The translations under genes were made by a program, and so were the position numbers. The notes under the pieces are model-generated. The model was not told the DNA's origin, did not search any database, and was given only the letters and a program-made list of their open reading frames with translations. From the IMG/VR virus record IMGVR_UViG_3300045135_001635: DNA of 64,000 nucleotides; one strand, given 5' to 3'. The DNA comes from a virus. Positions within the stretch are counted from its first letter, which is position 1; every line of letters begins with the position of its first letter. This document shows, in pieces, positions 7,945-17,352 of the stretch.

Positions 7945-8196
7945 TTATACTCCAAAGTGAAATGAATAGTTAACGGCGCTTGGTACAGGAATAGAATTAT
8001 AATTTCCGTACATATATGTTTGTTGATTTGTATAAGTTTCTTGTGTAGTTTCAGGTGCTTTGAAAAGTTCCATCACCTTTGTAAACGCGTCATATAACTC
8101 ATACTCATCGAGTTCAAGACAGTCTCGTTGAAACTCAAGTTCTGAGTATACAAGGTCGTCAATTTGCTCATCTGTAATTCTAATAATGTGTGACAT
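7945..8196 (-). CDS. hypothetical protein
   Basis: 83-aa ORF behind a promoter. Confidence 0.6.
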   Translation of the reverse strand: MSHIIRITDEQIDDLVYSELEFQRDCLELDEYELYDAFTKVMELFKAPETTQETYTNQQTYMYGNYNSIPVPSAVNYSFHFGV

Positions 8197-8227
8197 AATG
8201 TAATCCAGTTTTTAGTTAAGAGTGATT

Positions 8228-8256
8228 ATTATACTAAATGTAGCATAAAAAGTCAA
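8228..8256 (-). promoter_or_regulatory. sigma70-type early promoter
   Basis: TTGACT-17-TATAAT. Confidence 0.8.
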
Positions 8257-8259
8257 GTT

Positions 8260-9147
8260 TTATTCCCAATCAACTCCTCGAGGAACATAACCAGAAATCT
8301 TACGGCGTATATCTGCTTCTAATTTGTCAACCGATGTAGGTGCTTTACCTTGTTTTTTGACGTAGAAGTAGTTTGCGTCTTTGATGTAAGAACCGCCTTT
8401 ACCAGACTTCGCAAGATTAGCATCGACACCTACTTTATTGAATGCGAATACGATATCCCCATCCATATAACGCTTGAGTGACTTACCCATGTTTAGAATG
8501 TCGCCCATGGTGTTTGCCGCACCACGGTGAGTGTTCACAAGAATCTCACTTGGTACTGTACGTGAACGTTTTAAGTTCTGTGACTTTGCTACTTCGATAT
8601 CATTGATTACCCATACGATATGGATATTCTTTTTATCGTAACCTAAGTTAGACGCATCACGTGTAATCTTCTCTAACTTCTGTAAGTCTTTCAACGTTAC
8701 ATCAAAGATGATGTTTGGTTTACGGTCAGGATCTGCAGCAAAGATAGATGTATACATTGCTTTCTTTACTTTAGAATCTAAATTGAGATAGTCACCCATG
8801 ATACCGTGTAACTTACCAACGTTCTCTGGATCTTTTAGATTACTTGCTAACTTAGTTAGGTCAGTGCCCAACTCATCTTTGATACGCTTGATAATACGAG
8901 GTGCTTTTGAAGCAAGAGTTTTTAGTTCGTCAACGTCAAAAACTTTACCTTCTGCACCAACAAGTTTGTCTTTCACAAAACCTTTACCAGAACCAGCACC
9001 ACCTGCCATGATAATAATATTACCAAACTTAGGGTATGCTTGTCCACCGAATGTGATTAATTTCTCAAGAAGAATGTCTGCCGATGCTTCGAGCATCGCG
9101 TCTTCTTTTATAAAAGATTCATCTAAGAAGTTTTTAAATTTTTTCAT
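8260..9147 (-). CDS. P-loop kinase (zeta-toxin/AAA_33-like) with capsid-targeting-like N-terminus
   Basis: Walker A GGAGSGKG, FDVD, NIIFDVT; N-terminus MKKFKNFLDE. Confidence 0.7.
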   Translation of the reverse strand: MKKFKNFLDESFIKEDAMLEASADILLEKLITFGGQAYPKFGNIIIMAGGAGSGKGFVKDKLVGAEGKVFDVDELKTLASKAPRIIKRIKDELGTDLTKLASNLKDPENVGKLHGIMGDYLNLDSKVKKAMYTSIFAADPDRKPNIIFDVTLKDLQKLEKITRDASNLGYDKKNIHIVWVINDIEVAKSQNLKRSRTVPSEILVNTHRGAANTMGDILNMGKSLKRYMDGDIVFAFNKVGVDANLAKSGKGGSYIKDANYFYVKKQGKAPTSVDKLEADIRRKISGYVPRGVDWE

Positions 9148-9175
9148 AATAGTGCTTTTGTTGTTGACGTATTGT

Positions 9176-9183
9176 TATTTATA
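9176..9183 (-). promoter_or_regulatory. T4-type late promoter
   Basis: TATAAATA about 29 nt upstream of the kinase ATG. Confidence 0.7.
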
Positions 9184-10363
9184 ATTCTAATTGACCAAGG
9201 AGAAGCATTTCCCAATTCGCTTTTTGAAAGAAGCTAGAATTATCGCTCCAAGATTGCCCAGTATTAACAAAATGGTCTATCCTGTTTTTAACTGAATCAG
9301 GAACAATCATCTGTTGATAGTCTCTCCACATCAACTCATTCCTACTGTTGATGTGATAGTGAGCTATTATGAAGTCTCTGATGTCCTTAGATAAAGAAGT
9401 CATTGATTCATTATAACTTGCGTGAGGTGTTGAGTTGTTTGTACTTAACGATCTAATCAGTTTGTTTATTGATACAATTATCAAGTGAATCGTCGTACTT
9501 TCTAATGGTTCTATGAACCCAGAAGATAGACCTATACCTAAACAATTTTTATGCCAGAATTCTTCGCGACAACCAGTTTGAAACTTTATCTTCCTTGGTT
9601 CAGAAATAACTTTAGTGTTAAGGTTATTAAGCAACGTTTCAAGCGCTTCCTCGTCTGTACAATACTTAGAACTGTATACTATACCATTACCAGTCCTTGT
9701 AGTCAAGGGAATCGTCCATTGCCAACCGATCGGTCTTGCGATACTTTTGGTGTACTCAAATGCTTCGGGTTGTTTTTCTGTTTGTACAGCCCAAGCGCTA
9801 TCCGAAGGAATTAAGTGACTCCAATCATTAAACTTTACGCCAAGTTCTTGACCTAATAATAATGACTTAAATCCTGTACAATCGACAAACAAATCTGCTT
9901 CGTGAAAAGAACCGTCCTCTAACGTTATTGATTGTATTCCCTTATCATTCGTAATAACGTCTGATATATCCCCTTGTATATGCTCTACACCGTTAGCTAC
10001 AGCCATTTCACGAAGGTATGTAGCATACTTACCAGAATCTAAATGATAAGCGTATAGTGGCGTGTTGCCGTCTAAGTCAAAGGAATGGTGATAACTACTA
10101 TCTTCTGTAGACCACCCAGAAAACTCGATTGAGTATTTAAGCGTAGAATCAGTATACTTCATAAACTCATCTTCGTTAATACCAAGAGAGTCGTGGAATA
10201 CTTTTAGTGAAGGAATGGTTGCTTCACCCACACCGATAGTTCCGATTGTAGGTGATTCGATTAGTTTTATATTAAATGATTTATTAAGCTTCAAAGACAA
10301 AGAAACGGCAGTTAACCAACCTGCCGTCCCCCCACCCGCTATGAGTATATTTTTTGTTTTCAA
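9179..10363 (-). CDS. flavin-dependent tryptophan-halogenase-family protein
   Basis: GGGTAG, GVGEAT, catalytic-type Lys in TLKYSI, WQWTIP, GFIEPLEST. Confidence 0.9.
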   Translation of the reverse strand: MKTKNILIAGGGTAGWLTAVSLSLKLNKSFNIKLIESPTIGTIGVGEATIPSLKVFHDSLGINEDEFMKYTDSTLKYSIEFSGWSTEDSSYHHSFDLDGNTPLYAYHLDSGKYATYLREMAVANGVEHIQGDISDVITNDKGIQSITLEDGSFHEADLFVDCTGFKSLLLGQELGVKFNDWSHLIPSDSAWAVQTEKQPEAFEYTKSIARPIGWQWTIPLTTRTGNGIVYSSKYCTDEEALETLLNNLNTKVISEPRKIKFQTGCREEFWHKNCLGIGLSSGFIEPLESTTIHLIIVSINKLIRSLSTNNSTPHASYNESMTSLSKDIRDFIIAHYHINSRNELMWRDYQQMIVPDSVKNRIDHFVNTGQSWSDNSSFFQKANWEMLLLGQLEL

Positions 10364-11127
10364 AACAGCGATTTATCAGTAAACATATCAAAGAGTTGTT
10401 GAGCAAATACTTTCTGAGTTTCCTCTCCAGGATGACCATATGGTTTTATATCGCCAACTTCATTCGTAATAGTAAACAAATCAGGATACTTAGTACCAAG
10501 ACCAACCTTTGATGTTTCGGGCAAAGACTTTAACGTTTTTAATAACCAATTATTGTACTGAGGTAAATCTTTGGTTCTCAATTTTGCTATGATGTTACTC
10601 CAACATCTATTATGGAATGTACCTTGAATAAGCTTTATTCCTAACGAGTCGGCGAGTAACTGAATAGCCTTCATCTTAGTTAAATGATGCGCTAAGTCAG
10701 TCCTTGAGTCATATGATGTATTAAAGTATTCTTCTAATAGATCTCTTCTGTGTCGAGTTTGCCGAGTTGCGTTAGAAAGTACAGGGATTCGTTCAGGAGA
10801 AAACTGAGTAAACCCATCAGGTCTATTCAAACCCATCTCAATCTCACGTTCCTTACTCATTTGTTCAGCGATTTCCATACGTTGCCAAGCAGACCACATA
10901 ACGACCATATGCGTAGGTTTCTTTTTACTCGGATCGGATAAGTAGTCTATCAAATCGCGGAATATACGGTCATTAGAAGAACCACACACCCCTTGATTCA
11001 TATATGGCATATCCATTTTCTTCGCTAATATGTGGGTAAATGTAAGATGAAAATGAGTAGCAGGGTCTTTATCAAACCCTTCTAACTCATCACCCCATAC
11101 AAAACTACAACCAGTAGTTAGTAACAT
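10360..11127 (-). CDS. SGNH/GDSL-like protein
   Basis: N-terminal GCSFVWG, N.GVCGSSN, C-terminal HPG. Confidence 0.6.
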   Translation of the reverse strand: MLLTTGCSFVWGDELEGFDKDPATHFHLTFTHILAKKMDMPYMNQGVCGSSNDRIFRDLIDYLSDPSKKKPTHMVVMWSAWQRMEIAEQMSKEREIEMGLNRPDGFTQFSPERIPVLSNATRQTRHRRDLLEEYFNTSYDSRTDLAHHLTKMKAIQLLADSLGIKLIQGTFHNRCWSNIIAKLRTKDLPQYNNWLLKTLKSLPETSKVGLGTKYPDLFTITNEVGDIKPYGHPGEETQKVFAQQLFDMFTDKSLF

Positions 11128-11510
11128 TACACGTCCTTTAAATCTTGTTTAAGACGCTCAACGTAAATCGTGGCGTCCATTAATTCTTCTTGTAAGTGAG
11201 TTAACCAATCTTGTAAAGAAAGGTCTGAGCGAGTCGTATCAGTATTGTATTTCTCAAACCCAACACGCGCTCTTGACTCATATTTATTCATTACAGATTT
11301 AACGTTTGGATCTAATGAACGTTTCTTATTTTCCAAGACCCGAGCTTCCATTTGAAGGAATAACTCAACATCCGCAGTATCGTCTGGATTTAAACCAATC
11401 AAGTTCATTTTAGTATTACGGTCGGACAATCTAATCAATCTTTCTTGTTCTTTTGCTACAGAAGGGCTAGTTCTTTCAGCGTAATCGTCATAATATTCTG
11501 ATCCAGGCAT
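11127..11510 (-). CDS. all-alpha NTP-pyrophosphatase-like (MazG-fold) phage protein
   Basis: R..VGFEKY..RSDLSLQDWLTHLQEELMDATIYVE. Confidence 0.55.
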   Translation of the reverse strand: MPGSEYYDDYAERTSPSVAKEQERLIRLSDRNTKMNLIGLNPDDTADVELFLQMEARVLENKKRSLDPNVKSVMNKYESRARVGFEKYNTDTTRSDLSLQDWLTHLQEELMDATIYVERLKQDLKDV

Positions 11511-11767
11511 TATTGACCACCTTCAAATAAATCTTCATATAATGATTCAACAGTTTCGTGTTCACCACGTACTTCATCAAGATTACGCTTATGGAAGATA
11601 GTTGCTAATTTCTTGAAGTGTTTCTTTTCTACACCATACTTTTCGTGAGTCGAATCAACAATCTCTTTCATCAATTCACGTTCTGCTTCAATACGTGTCA
11701 TACAATCTGACATTTCTTGGATAGCACCAGCAACAGCTTTCTTTTCAGTAGGATTTAAATGTATCAT
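11510..11767 (-). CDS. T4 DsbA-like dsDNA-binding protein
   Basis: AIQEMSDCMTRIEAERELMKEI..KKLATIFHK..YEDL. Confidence 0.75.
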   Translation of the reverse strand: MIHLNPTEKKAVAGAIQEMSDCMTRIEAERELMKEIVDSTHEKYGVEKKHFKKLATIFHKRNLDEVRGEHETVESLYEDLFEGGQ

Positions 11768-11769
11768 AA

Positions 11770-12447
11770 TTATTCACTCTCTATTTCTTCAATTAACATA
11801 TCACGCATCGCTCGAGCTTGCGCATCTTCAGGGTTATTCACACTACCGTTATTTACAAATTTGTAAGCAAGGGTAATGCGCTGACAGCCAGCATAAGCTG
11901 CGTGCCAACAATGTAAATCTTCTTCATCTTCAGCGCCAAAATAGTAATGACGACATTGCCATCCAGGAACATCTTGAATCCGAACGATTTCATCTTTCTT
12001 TTTATCATAGTATTCAAAGTAACCATCACCAGTTTCAGACCAAGTAAATAGGATCTGATATGCGTTGGCGTCGTAGTTAGTATGCCAACCAACATAACCA
12101 CGTGGTGGATAATATGAAAGTAAAGCTGAGGTATGTGCACCAATCTCTGAAGCAAACTCATACTTAACTTTATTCATAAACTCACCCCATAGCTCAGGCT
12201 CCTCTCGAACCATCTTTGAGATAGGTTGAGCAAAGTAACGGTCAGGTGGTCCGACTAACTCTGGTGCGCGAGAGAGACACTCGTCAAGGTATTCACGTGA
12301 ACAATAGTATTCACCCTTGTCGATATCTTCTTCTTCTCGGTATGTCCAGTATTTTGGATTATCGTAAGAAGGTTTTGAGAGCATCTCGGTAGAGAAACTC
12401 TCGAGTACTTCTAAGAACTCTTTATTACGAATTGTGATTTCACTCAT
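11770..12447 (-). CDS. cupin / Fe-2OG-oxygenase-like protein, paralog of 36478..37110
   Basis: YYPPRGYVGWHTN..FTWSETGDG..CWHAA..CQRIT. Confidence 0.55.
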   Translation of the reverse strand: MSEITIRNKEFLEVLESFSTEMLSKPSYDNPKYWTYREEEDIDKGEYYCSREYLDECLSRAPELVGPPDRYFAQPISKMVREEPELWGEFMNKVKYEFASEIGAHTSALLSYYPPRGYVGWHTNYDANAYQILFTWSETGDGYFEYYDKKKDEIVRIQDVPGWQCRHYYFGAEDEEDLHCWHAAYAGCQRITLAYKFVNNGSVNNPEDAQARAMRDMLIEEIESE

Positions 12448-12632
12448 GCTTTAATTACCTTAACTAAGAAATTACCTTTCGTTGGTTCAGGTTGGAATTG
12501 TAACTTATCACCGACGGATAAGTCAAGTACTTCCATCAAATCATCTGTAAACTCTAGACCGAGGTCACCTTCTACTTCTATTACAGGGACGTCGTATCTA
12601 TTCTCTCGTATCTTCTCTATCAAATTTTTCAT
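12444..12632 (-). CDS. AbrB/MazE-like small protein
   Basis: GDLGLEFTDDLMEVLDLSVGDKLQF. Confidence 0.55.
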   Translation of the reverse strand: MKNLIEKIRENRYDVPVIEVEGDLGLEFTDDLMEVLDLSVGDKLQFQPEPTKGNFLVKVIKA

Positions 12633-12798
12633 TAGCTCTTTTTATATCCTCTTCACTACATGCGCCATATTCTATAAGATAATTTACACCAGAAGATATT
12701 CCGTCTTGGTGACCAACTTTATATCCAAGGTAGCGACCGATGTAATAAGCAATTGCGAGTAGCCCAATTGCGATTAACGTGTGGGTGGTAGAATCCAT
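12598..12798 (-). CDS. small membrane-anchored protein
   Basis: N-terminal TM helix followed by G-x3-G repeats. Confidence 0.6.
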   Translation of the reverse strand: MDSTTHTLIAIGLLAIAYYIGRYLGYKVGHQDGISSGVNYLIEYGACSEEDIKRANEKFDREDTRE

Positions 12799-12808
12799 AA
12801 GACTCTCC

Positions 12809-14200
12809 TTACATTTTGAAGTTATCGAATTTTTCAGCAGCTACTCGACCACCTGATCTTGAGTTATCGAATGCCGGACCATTATCTTCTATTTTATTTA
12901 GCGGAGAAGATTGTTGGTCAACATCGAACAATCTCATCTTGCTTCGATCAACACCAACCGTAAATCGTTGATTCGAACTTAGATCATTATAGCGATTCTT
13001 CAATTGTTTTACTAAGATCTGTCCCTGACCTTTGAGTTCATCATTACTGATAAGTGCGAACATAAAGTCAGCGGTTGCGGGTAATCCAAAAGACTCGGAC
13101 GTATCTTCAAGCCCAACGTCGTCATTACCGAAACCAGAACGCGTCGTTTGTGTTGCTGACACCAACGGCACATCGAATTCGACGGCAAGTCCACGTAGTT
13201 CTTCAGCAATCGACTTAATATAAGAATACGAGTTAATAGCACCACCCATCCCCTTCATACGTGATGAAGAACAAATATTCAGATAATCAACAAAGATGAT
13301 ATCAGGTGTAAAGTTCTTCTTGAGTTTCAATTCATTCAATAACGCACGGAAGTGATTCGCGTGAGCAGCACCAGTAGGATACTCTTTGATAATCAACTTA
13401 CCATTAGTCTTATCAGCAATGTTAAGTACTTTTTGCGAGAACATATCTTTCGACATATGCTCTAACTGATCAATCGGAACGTTTAGTAGATTCGCGTCAA
13501 TACGTTCGGCGATACGTTCTTCAGACATTTCCATTGTAATGTATAGTACATTCTTCCCTTGTGTAAGGGCAGCTGCTGCTGAGTGACACATGAATAATGA
13601 CTTACCAACGCCAGTACCAGCCAATGCGATATTAAGAGTTTTATTTGGTAGCCCACCCTTCGTAACCTTATTGAAGTAATCAAGATCAAACTCAAGCTTC
13701 TCTTCATCTAAGTGATAGAAGTCAAAACGCTCGTCTACGTTCTCCAAATAGTCGTGACCTACATTGGTATCAAAAGATACAGATAACGCCTTAGACAGTA
13801 CGTCTGGAATCGCATTCTTGCTTAACACTTCATGCTTACCGTCAATAATAGAAATAGATTCCATTACCGCATTAAACACGGCACGGTCTTGACACCACTT
13901 CTCAGTACGGTCTAACAACCACTTTAAATCTTCTTTCTGATACTCAAAGATATTAGGAAAGATTTCCATCGCGTGACGATATTGTTCTTCGGTCAGACGA
14001 TTACCTTCGTCAATCTCTATCTTAAAAGCTTCTTTGGTAGGGAGTTTATTGTATTTTGCGATATACTTCGTAAACTCTTTGAAGAGTCCTTTATAGACAC
14101 CTTCAAAGTAGTCAGGCTGCAGAAACGCAGCCACCTTACGAGTAAAATCATCGTTAGTCAGTAGATTCCGTAGAATCGTCTGTTCCAGATTGATTTCCAT
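12809..14200 (-). CDS. gp41: replicative DNA helicase
   Basis: AGTGVGKS, IIKEYPT, SESFGLPATAD, KQLKNRYND. Confidence 0.97.
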   Translation of the reverse strand: MEINLEQTILRNLLTNDDFTRKVAAFLQPDYFEGVYKGLFKEFTKYIAKYNKLPTKEAFKIEIDEGNRLTEEQYRHAMEIFPNIFEYQKEDLKWLLDRTEKWCQDRAVFNAVMESISIIDGKHEVLSKNAIPDVLSKALSVSFDTNVGHDYLENVDERFDFYHLDEEKLEFDLDYFNKVTKGGLPNKTLNIALAGTGVGKSLFMCHSAAAALTQGKNVLYITMEMSEERIAERIDANLLNVPIDQLEHMSKDMFSQKVLNIADKTNGKLIIKEYPTGAAHANHFRALLNELKLKKNFTPDIIFVDYLNICSSSRMKGMGGAINSYSYIKSIAEELRGLAVEFDVPLVSATQTTRSGFGNDDVGLEDTSESFGLPATADFMFALISNDELKGQGQILVKQLKNRYNDLSSNQRFTVGVDRSKMRLFDVDQQSSPLNKIEDNGPAFDNSRSGGRVAAEKFDNFKM

Positions 14201-14504
14201 TAGATTCCTTAGTTTTCAACGCGCCATCATTAATTGCTGCGACAAGAATATCTTGTAATACGTCTGTCGCAAATTCTTGTAGTTCGACGTTTGATTCATC
14301 AAGGTCGCCGTCTACAACTTCAAAGTTAAAGGATAAGGATTGGCTTTCGCCATCATATGATACATTTTGAAAACGAATAGTGTTTCCATCAAAGGGTGCG
14401 CGAAGTAGCATCGTGTGCCACTCCTGTTCACCAGTTTCACTCACCGCAGGAACAAGTTTGTAATCAATATGTTCATTCGGCTTATCAAAGTCTAAGTCTT
14501 TCAT
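14154..14504 (-). CDS. gp40-like head vertex assembly chaperone
   Basis: Synteny between uvsX and gp41; LSFNFEVVD. Confidence 0.55.
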   Translation of the reverse strand: MKDLDFDKPNEHIDYKLVPAVSETGEQEWHTMLLRAPFDGNTIRFQNVSYDGESQSLSFNFEVVDGDLDESNVELQEFATDVLQDILVAAINDGALKTKESNGNQSGTDDSTESTD

Positions 14505-15553
14505 TAAACTGCCTCCAGTATTGTTTCAGGGTCAATGTCACTATTATACCCTATCTTATAAGTTTTTTCAAGGAACTTTTCAAAATCAGTTGTTTCAAAG
14601 ATAGGTTCCCAGAACTCGCCGTTTAATGTTTCTGCTGCTCGAACTTTATTACCAATCAACTCGCCCGTCTCAAGGTCTACGCGCTGGTACCAACCATTAG
14701 ATGGCTTAATAACATAGCCACCAGCAATAGCCACATCAAGTAGACCACTATACCGCTGTACACCACCTTCCCAAGAAACGCCAATAGGAATTTTAGACTT
14801 CTCTTTAACATATCGAGACTTCTCCACATTAATTACAAAGTTATAACCTACAATCTCTTGACCTTTTTTCTCTTGTTGACGACCAAGGATCCAAATATTA
14901 TCGGCGCTGTAATAGATCCCTGTGCCACCAGACACTACCGCTTTAGGGAATAGACCCATCTCTTGGTAAGTATGGTTAATCGCTAACATAGGAATATTCT
15001 TCATCGTAAGGTACGGTGTCGCCATACGGAATAAACCTTTCAGCGCTTTCGCGCGAGTCATATCAGCAACAGCCTTCTCGTTCAACGCATCATCTAATTC
15101 TTTTTTAGAAGCCAAGTTGCCGATAGAGTCAATTACGATAATAACATCGTCATCACGGTCAAGTTCTTCAAGCTGACTTATCAAGTCAAACTTTAAGTCT
15201 TCAACGTGTTTAATCGGCGTATGTAATACACGTTCGGTATCGATACCAAACTGCTCGAAATAAGATTGCGGAGAACCAAACTCTGAATCATAGAATAACA
15301 TTACCGCGTCAGGTTTCGCGTCAAGATAAGCGCCAGCCATTAGTAATGCGAACGAAGTTTTAAAGTGCTTACTCGGTCCTGCTAGGACTGTTAGACCAGG
15401 ACATATACCGCCGTCTACCGAACCCGATAGCGCGACGTTTACCATAGGAACATTGGTTGCTATGAAATCTTTTTCAGTAAAGAACTTACTCGTCGAAAGG
15501 ATTTCGGTTTCCTTTATCTTAGAGTTCTTCTTCAGTTTATTCATTATTGACAT
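14504..15553 (-). CDS. uvsX: RecA-like recombinase
   Basis: AGPSKHFKT, YDSEFG, DSIGNLASKKE, SGGTGIYYSAD. Confidence 0.97.
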   Translation of the reverse strand: MSIMNKLKKNSKIKETEILSTSKFFTEKDFIATNVPMVNVALSGSVDGGICPGLTVLAGPSKHFKTSFALLMAGAYLDAKPDAVMLFYDSEFGSPQSYFEQFGIDTERVLHTPIKHVEDLKFDLISQLEELDRDDDVIIVIDSIGNLASKKELDDALNEKAVADMTRAKALKGLFRMATPYLTMKNIPMLAINHTYQEMGLFPKAVVSGGTGIYYSADNIWILGRQQEKKGQEIVGYNFVINVEKSRYVKEKSKIPIGVSWEGGVQRYSGLLDVAIAGGYVIKPSNGWYQRVDLETGELIGNKVRAAETLNGEFWEPIFETTDFEKFLEKTYKIGYNSDIDPETILEAV

Positions 15554-15556
15554 TCA

Positions 15557-16396
15557 TTAATCTCCAAATTTTACATTTTGCTCTTTTTCTCGAGCATCAA
15601 GTTCATATTGTAACCTATAAACACTGTTTACGTCAAGGACTTTTTTCAATAAATCAAACTCTCCACCGCTGAAGTGATGAAACGCAGTTGTATCTTTAGG
15701 GAAACAAGCGCCACCAAAACCGCGACGACCATCTGGTCCAGGAACCTGCATATGACTTCCGCCAATACGAGGGTCTAACTTAACGACAGACGAGATATTA
15801 CTAAACTTAGCATTATCAAAACGATCTACTTGGTCTTTAAGTTGATTGAAGAAAGTCACCTTCGTCGATAAGAATGTATTAATAGTATACTTAACAAACG
15901 AAGCTTCAACGGCTGTAGTAAATACTGGCTGTGCGTTAATACACTTACTATAGTTTTCATAGATTGAAGCGACAGTTAATGCGCTCGCCATATCACCGCC
16001 GATGACGTTGAACGTAGAGTTAACAAAATCTTCTTCAGCATTCGCTTCGGTCAAGAACTCAGGATTGTAGATAAAGCGTTTTAAATCTAAGCGACTTAAA
16101 CGGTCTACAATATCTGGAGTTACAGTTGACTTGAGCAATATTAATGCTTCGGTTTCTTCTAATAACGTTTCAACAACATCAGTTACAATAGAAGCGTCGA
16201 TCTCGCCACTGTCGCCCATGGGTGTAGGCACAGCAACGAAAACGACATCAAGGTCTTTACTCAAATCATCAATCGAGGTACCAAGTCGTGGGTCTGCGAT
16301 TTCAATATCAACGTTCGGGGTAGCGAATCCAAACTCAACAGCTTTACCGACAAAGCCGTGACCAACGATACCCAATTTCAATTTATTCATTATCAC
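15557..16396 (-). CDS. UDP-glucose/GDP-mannose 6-dehydrogenase family (short form)
   Basis: GHGFVG, VPTP, KSTV.P, NPEFL.E, GFGGACFPKD; lacks the C-terminal UDP-binding domain. Confidence 0.9.
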   Translation of the reverse strand: MIMNKLKLGIVGHGFVGKAVEFGFATPNVDIEIADPRLGTSIDDLSKDLDVVFVAVPTPMGDSGEIDASIVTDVVETLLEETEALILLKSTVTPDIVDRLSRLDLKRFIYNPEFLTEANAEEDFVNSTFNVIGGDMASALTVASIYENYSKCINAQPVFTTAVEASFVKYTINTFLSTKVTFFNQLKDQVDRFDNAKFSNISSVVKLDPRIGGSHMQVPGPDGRRGFGGACFPKDTTAFHHFSGGEFDLLKKVLDVNSVYRLQYELDAREKEQNVKFGD

Positions 16397-16401
16397 TCCA
16401 A

Positions 16402-17352
16402 TTAAATATTATTATATTCTTTATACCATTTGTAGAACTCAGCGATACCAACCGATACATCAGTTGTAGGTTTGTATCCAAGCTTCTCTAATTTTTCGGT
16501 GTTTGCCCAAGTTTCCAGAGTGTCCGCTGGGTGTTTCGGCGCAAGGTCCTTAATTGCTTCTTTACCTGTGTTCTTTTCAATTTCTTCTATAAACTCCATC
16601 AGTTGTACTTGTTGTCCACGTCCGATGTTAAATATCTCATTATTAATATCTTCGTCTGTTTTCAAAACACACTCAATACCATCAAGGATATCTTCAACAT
16701 AAGTAAAGTCACGTTTCATATCACCATAATTATATACCGTAATTGGCTTTTCGGCAAGTATATTTTTAGTAAAATCAAATAACGCCATATCAGGACGACC
16801 CCATGGTCCATATACGGTAAAGAAACGTAAGCCTGTATTATTAAGATGCGATGATTGGAACTGACACTCATTCGCCCACTTGGTGTAACCATAAGCATTT
16901 AATTGCTTACCAGTTTCATTACCTTCAGTCCAAGGAACCTGAGAGCCAGCATACACGCAAGACGTAGACGCATATACGATACGAACATCAGGGATAGTAC
17001 GCTTACATTCATCAATAAGATTCTGAGTCGCGTCGATATTGTTTTTGTGATAAGACTTTTCATTACCCATCGAATCACGTACACCAGCCATCGCACCTAA
17101 GTGAACGATTGTATCTGGCTTAAACGTTTCGATAATATGCCGTAACTTAATCTCGTCACATAAGTCAACGTCAAGTACATTGATATCAAAGTGCTTTACG
17201 CGGTCTTTTTTAAGTTGAGGATCATATAAATGACTGTTGTAGTTATCAATCCCTGTTACGTCATAACCTTGGTCTTGTAAACGATTGATTAATTGTGAAC
17301 CAATAAAACCAGCACCGCCCGTTACCATTATTTTTTTCATTGTTTTACCCAT
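16402..17352 (-). CDS. NAD-dependent epimerase, UDP-glucuronate 4-epimerase-like
   Basis: TGGAGFIG, AMAGVR.S, YGYTK, LRFFTVYGPWGRPDMA, RDFTYVEDI. Confidence 0.9.
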   Translation of the reverse strand: MGKTMKKIMVTGGAGFIGSQLINRLQDQGYDVTGIDNYNSHLYDPQLKKDRVKHFDINVLDVDLCDEIKLRHIIETFKPDTIVHLGAMAGVRDSMGNEKSYHKNNIDATQNLIDECKRTIPDVRIVYASTSCVYAGSQVPWTEGNETGKQLNAYGYTKWANECQFQSSHLNNTGLRFFTVYGPWGRPDMALFDFTKNILAEKPITVYNYGDMKRDFTYVEDILDGIECVLKTDEDINNEIFNIGRGQQVQLMEFIEEIEKNTGKEAIKDLAPKHPADTLETWANTEKLEKLGYKPTTDVSVGIAEFYKWYKEYNNI

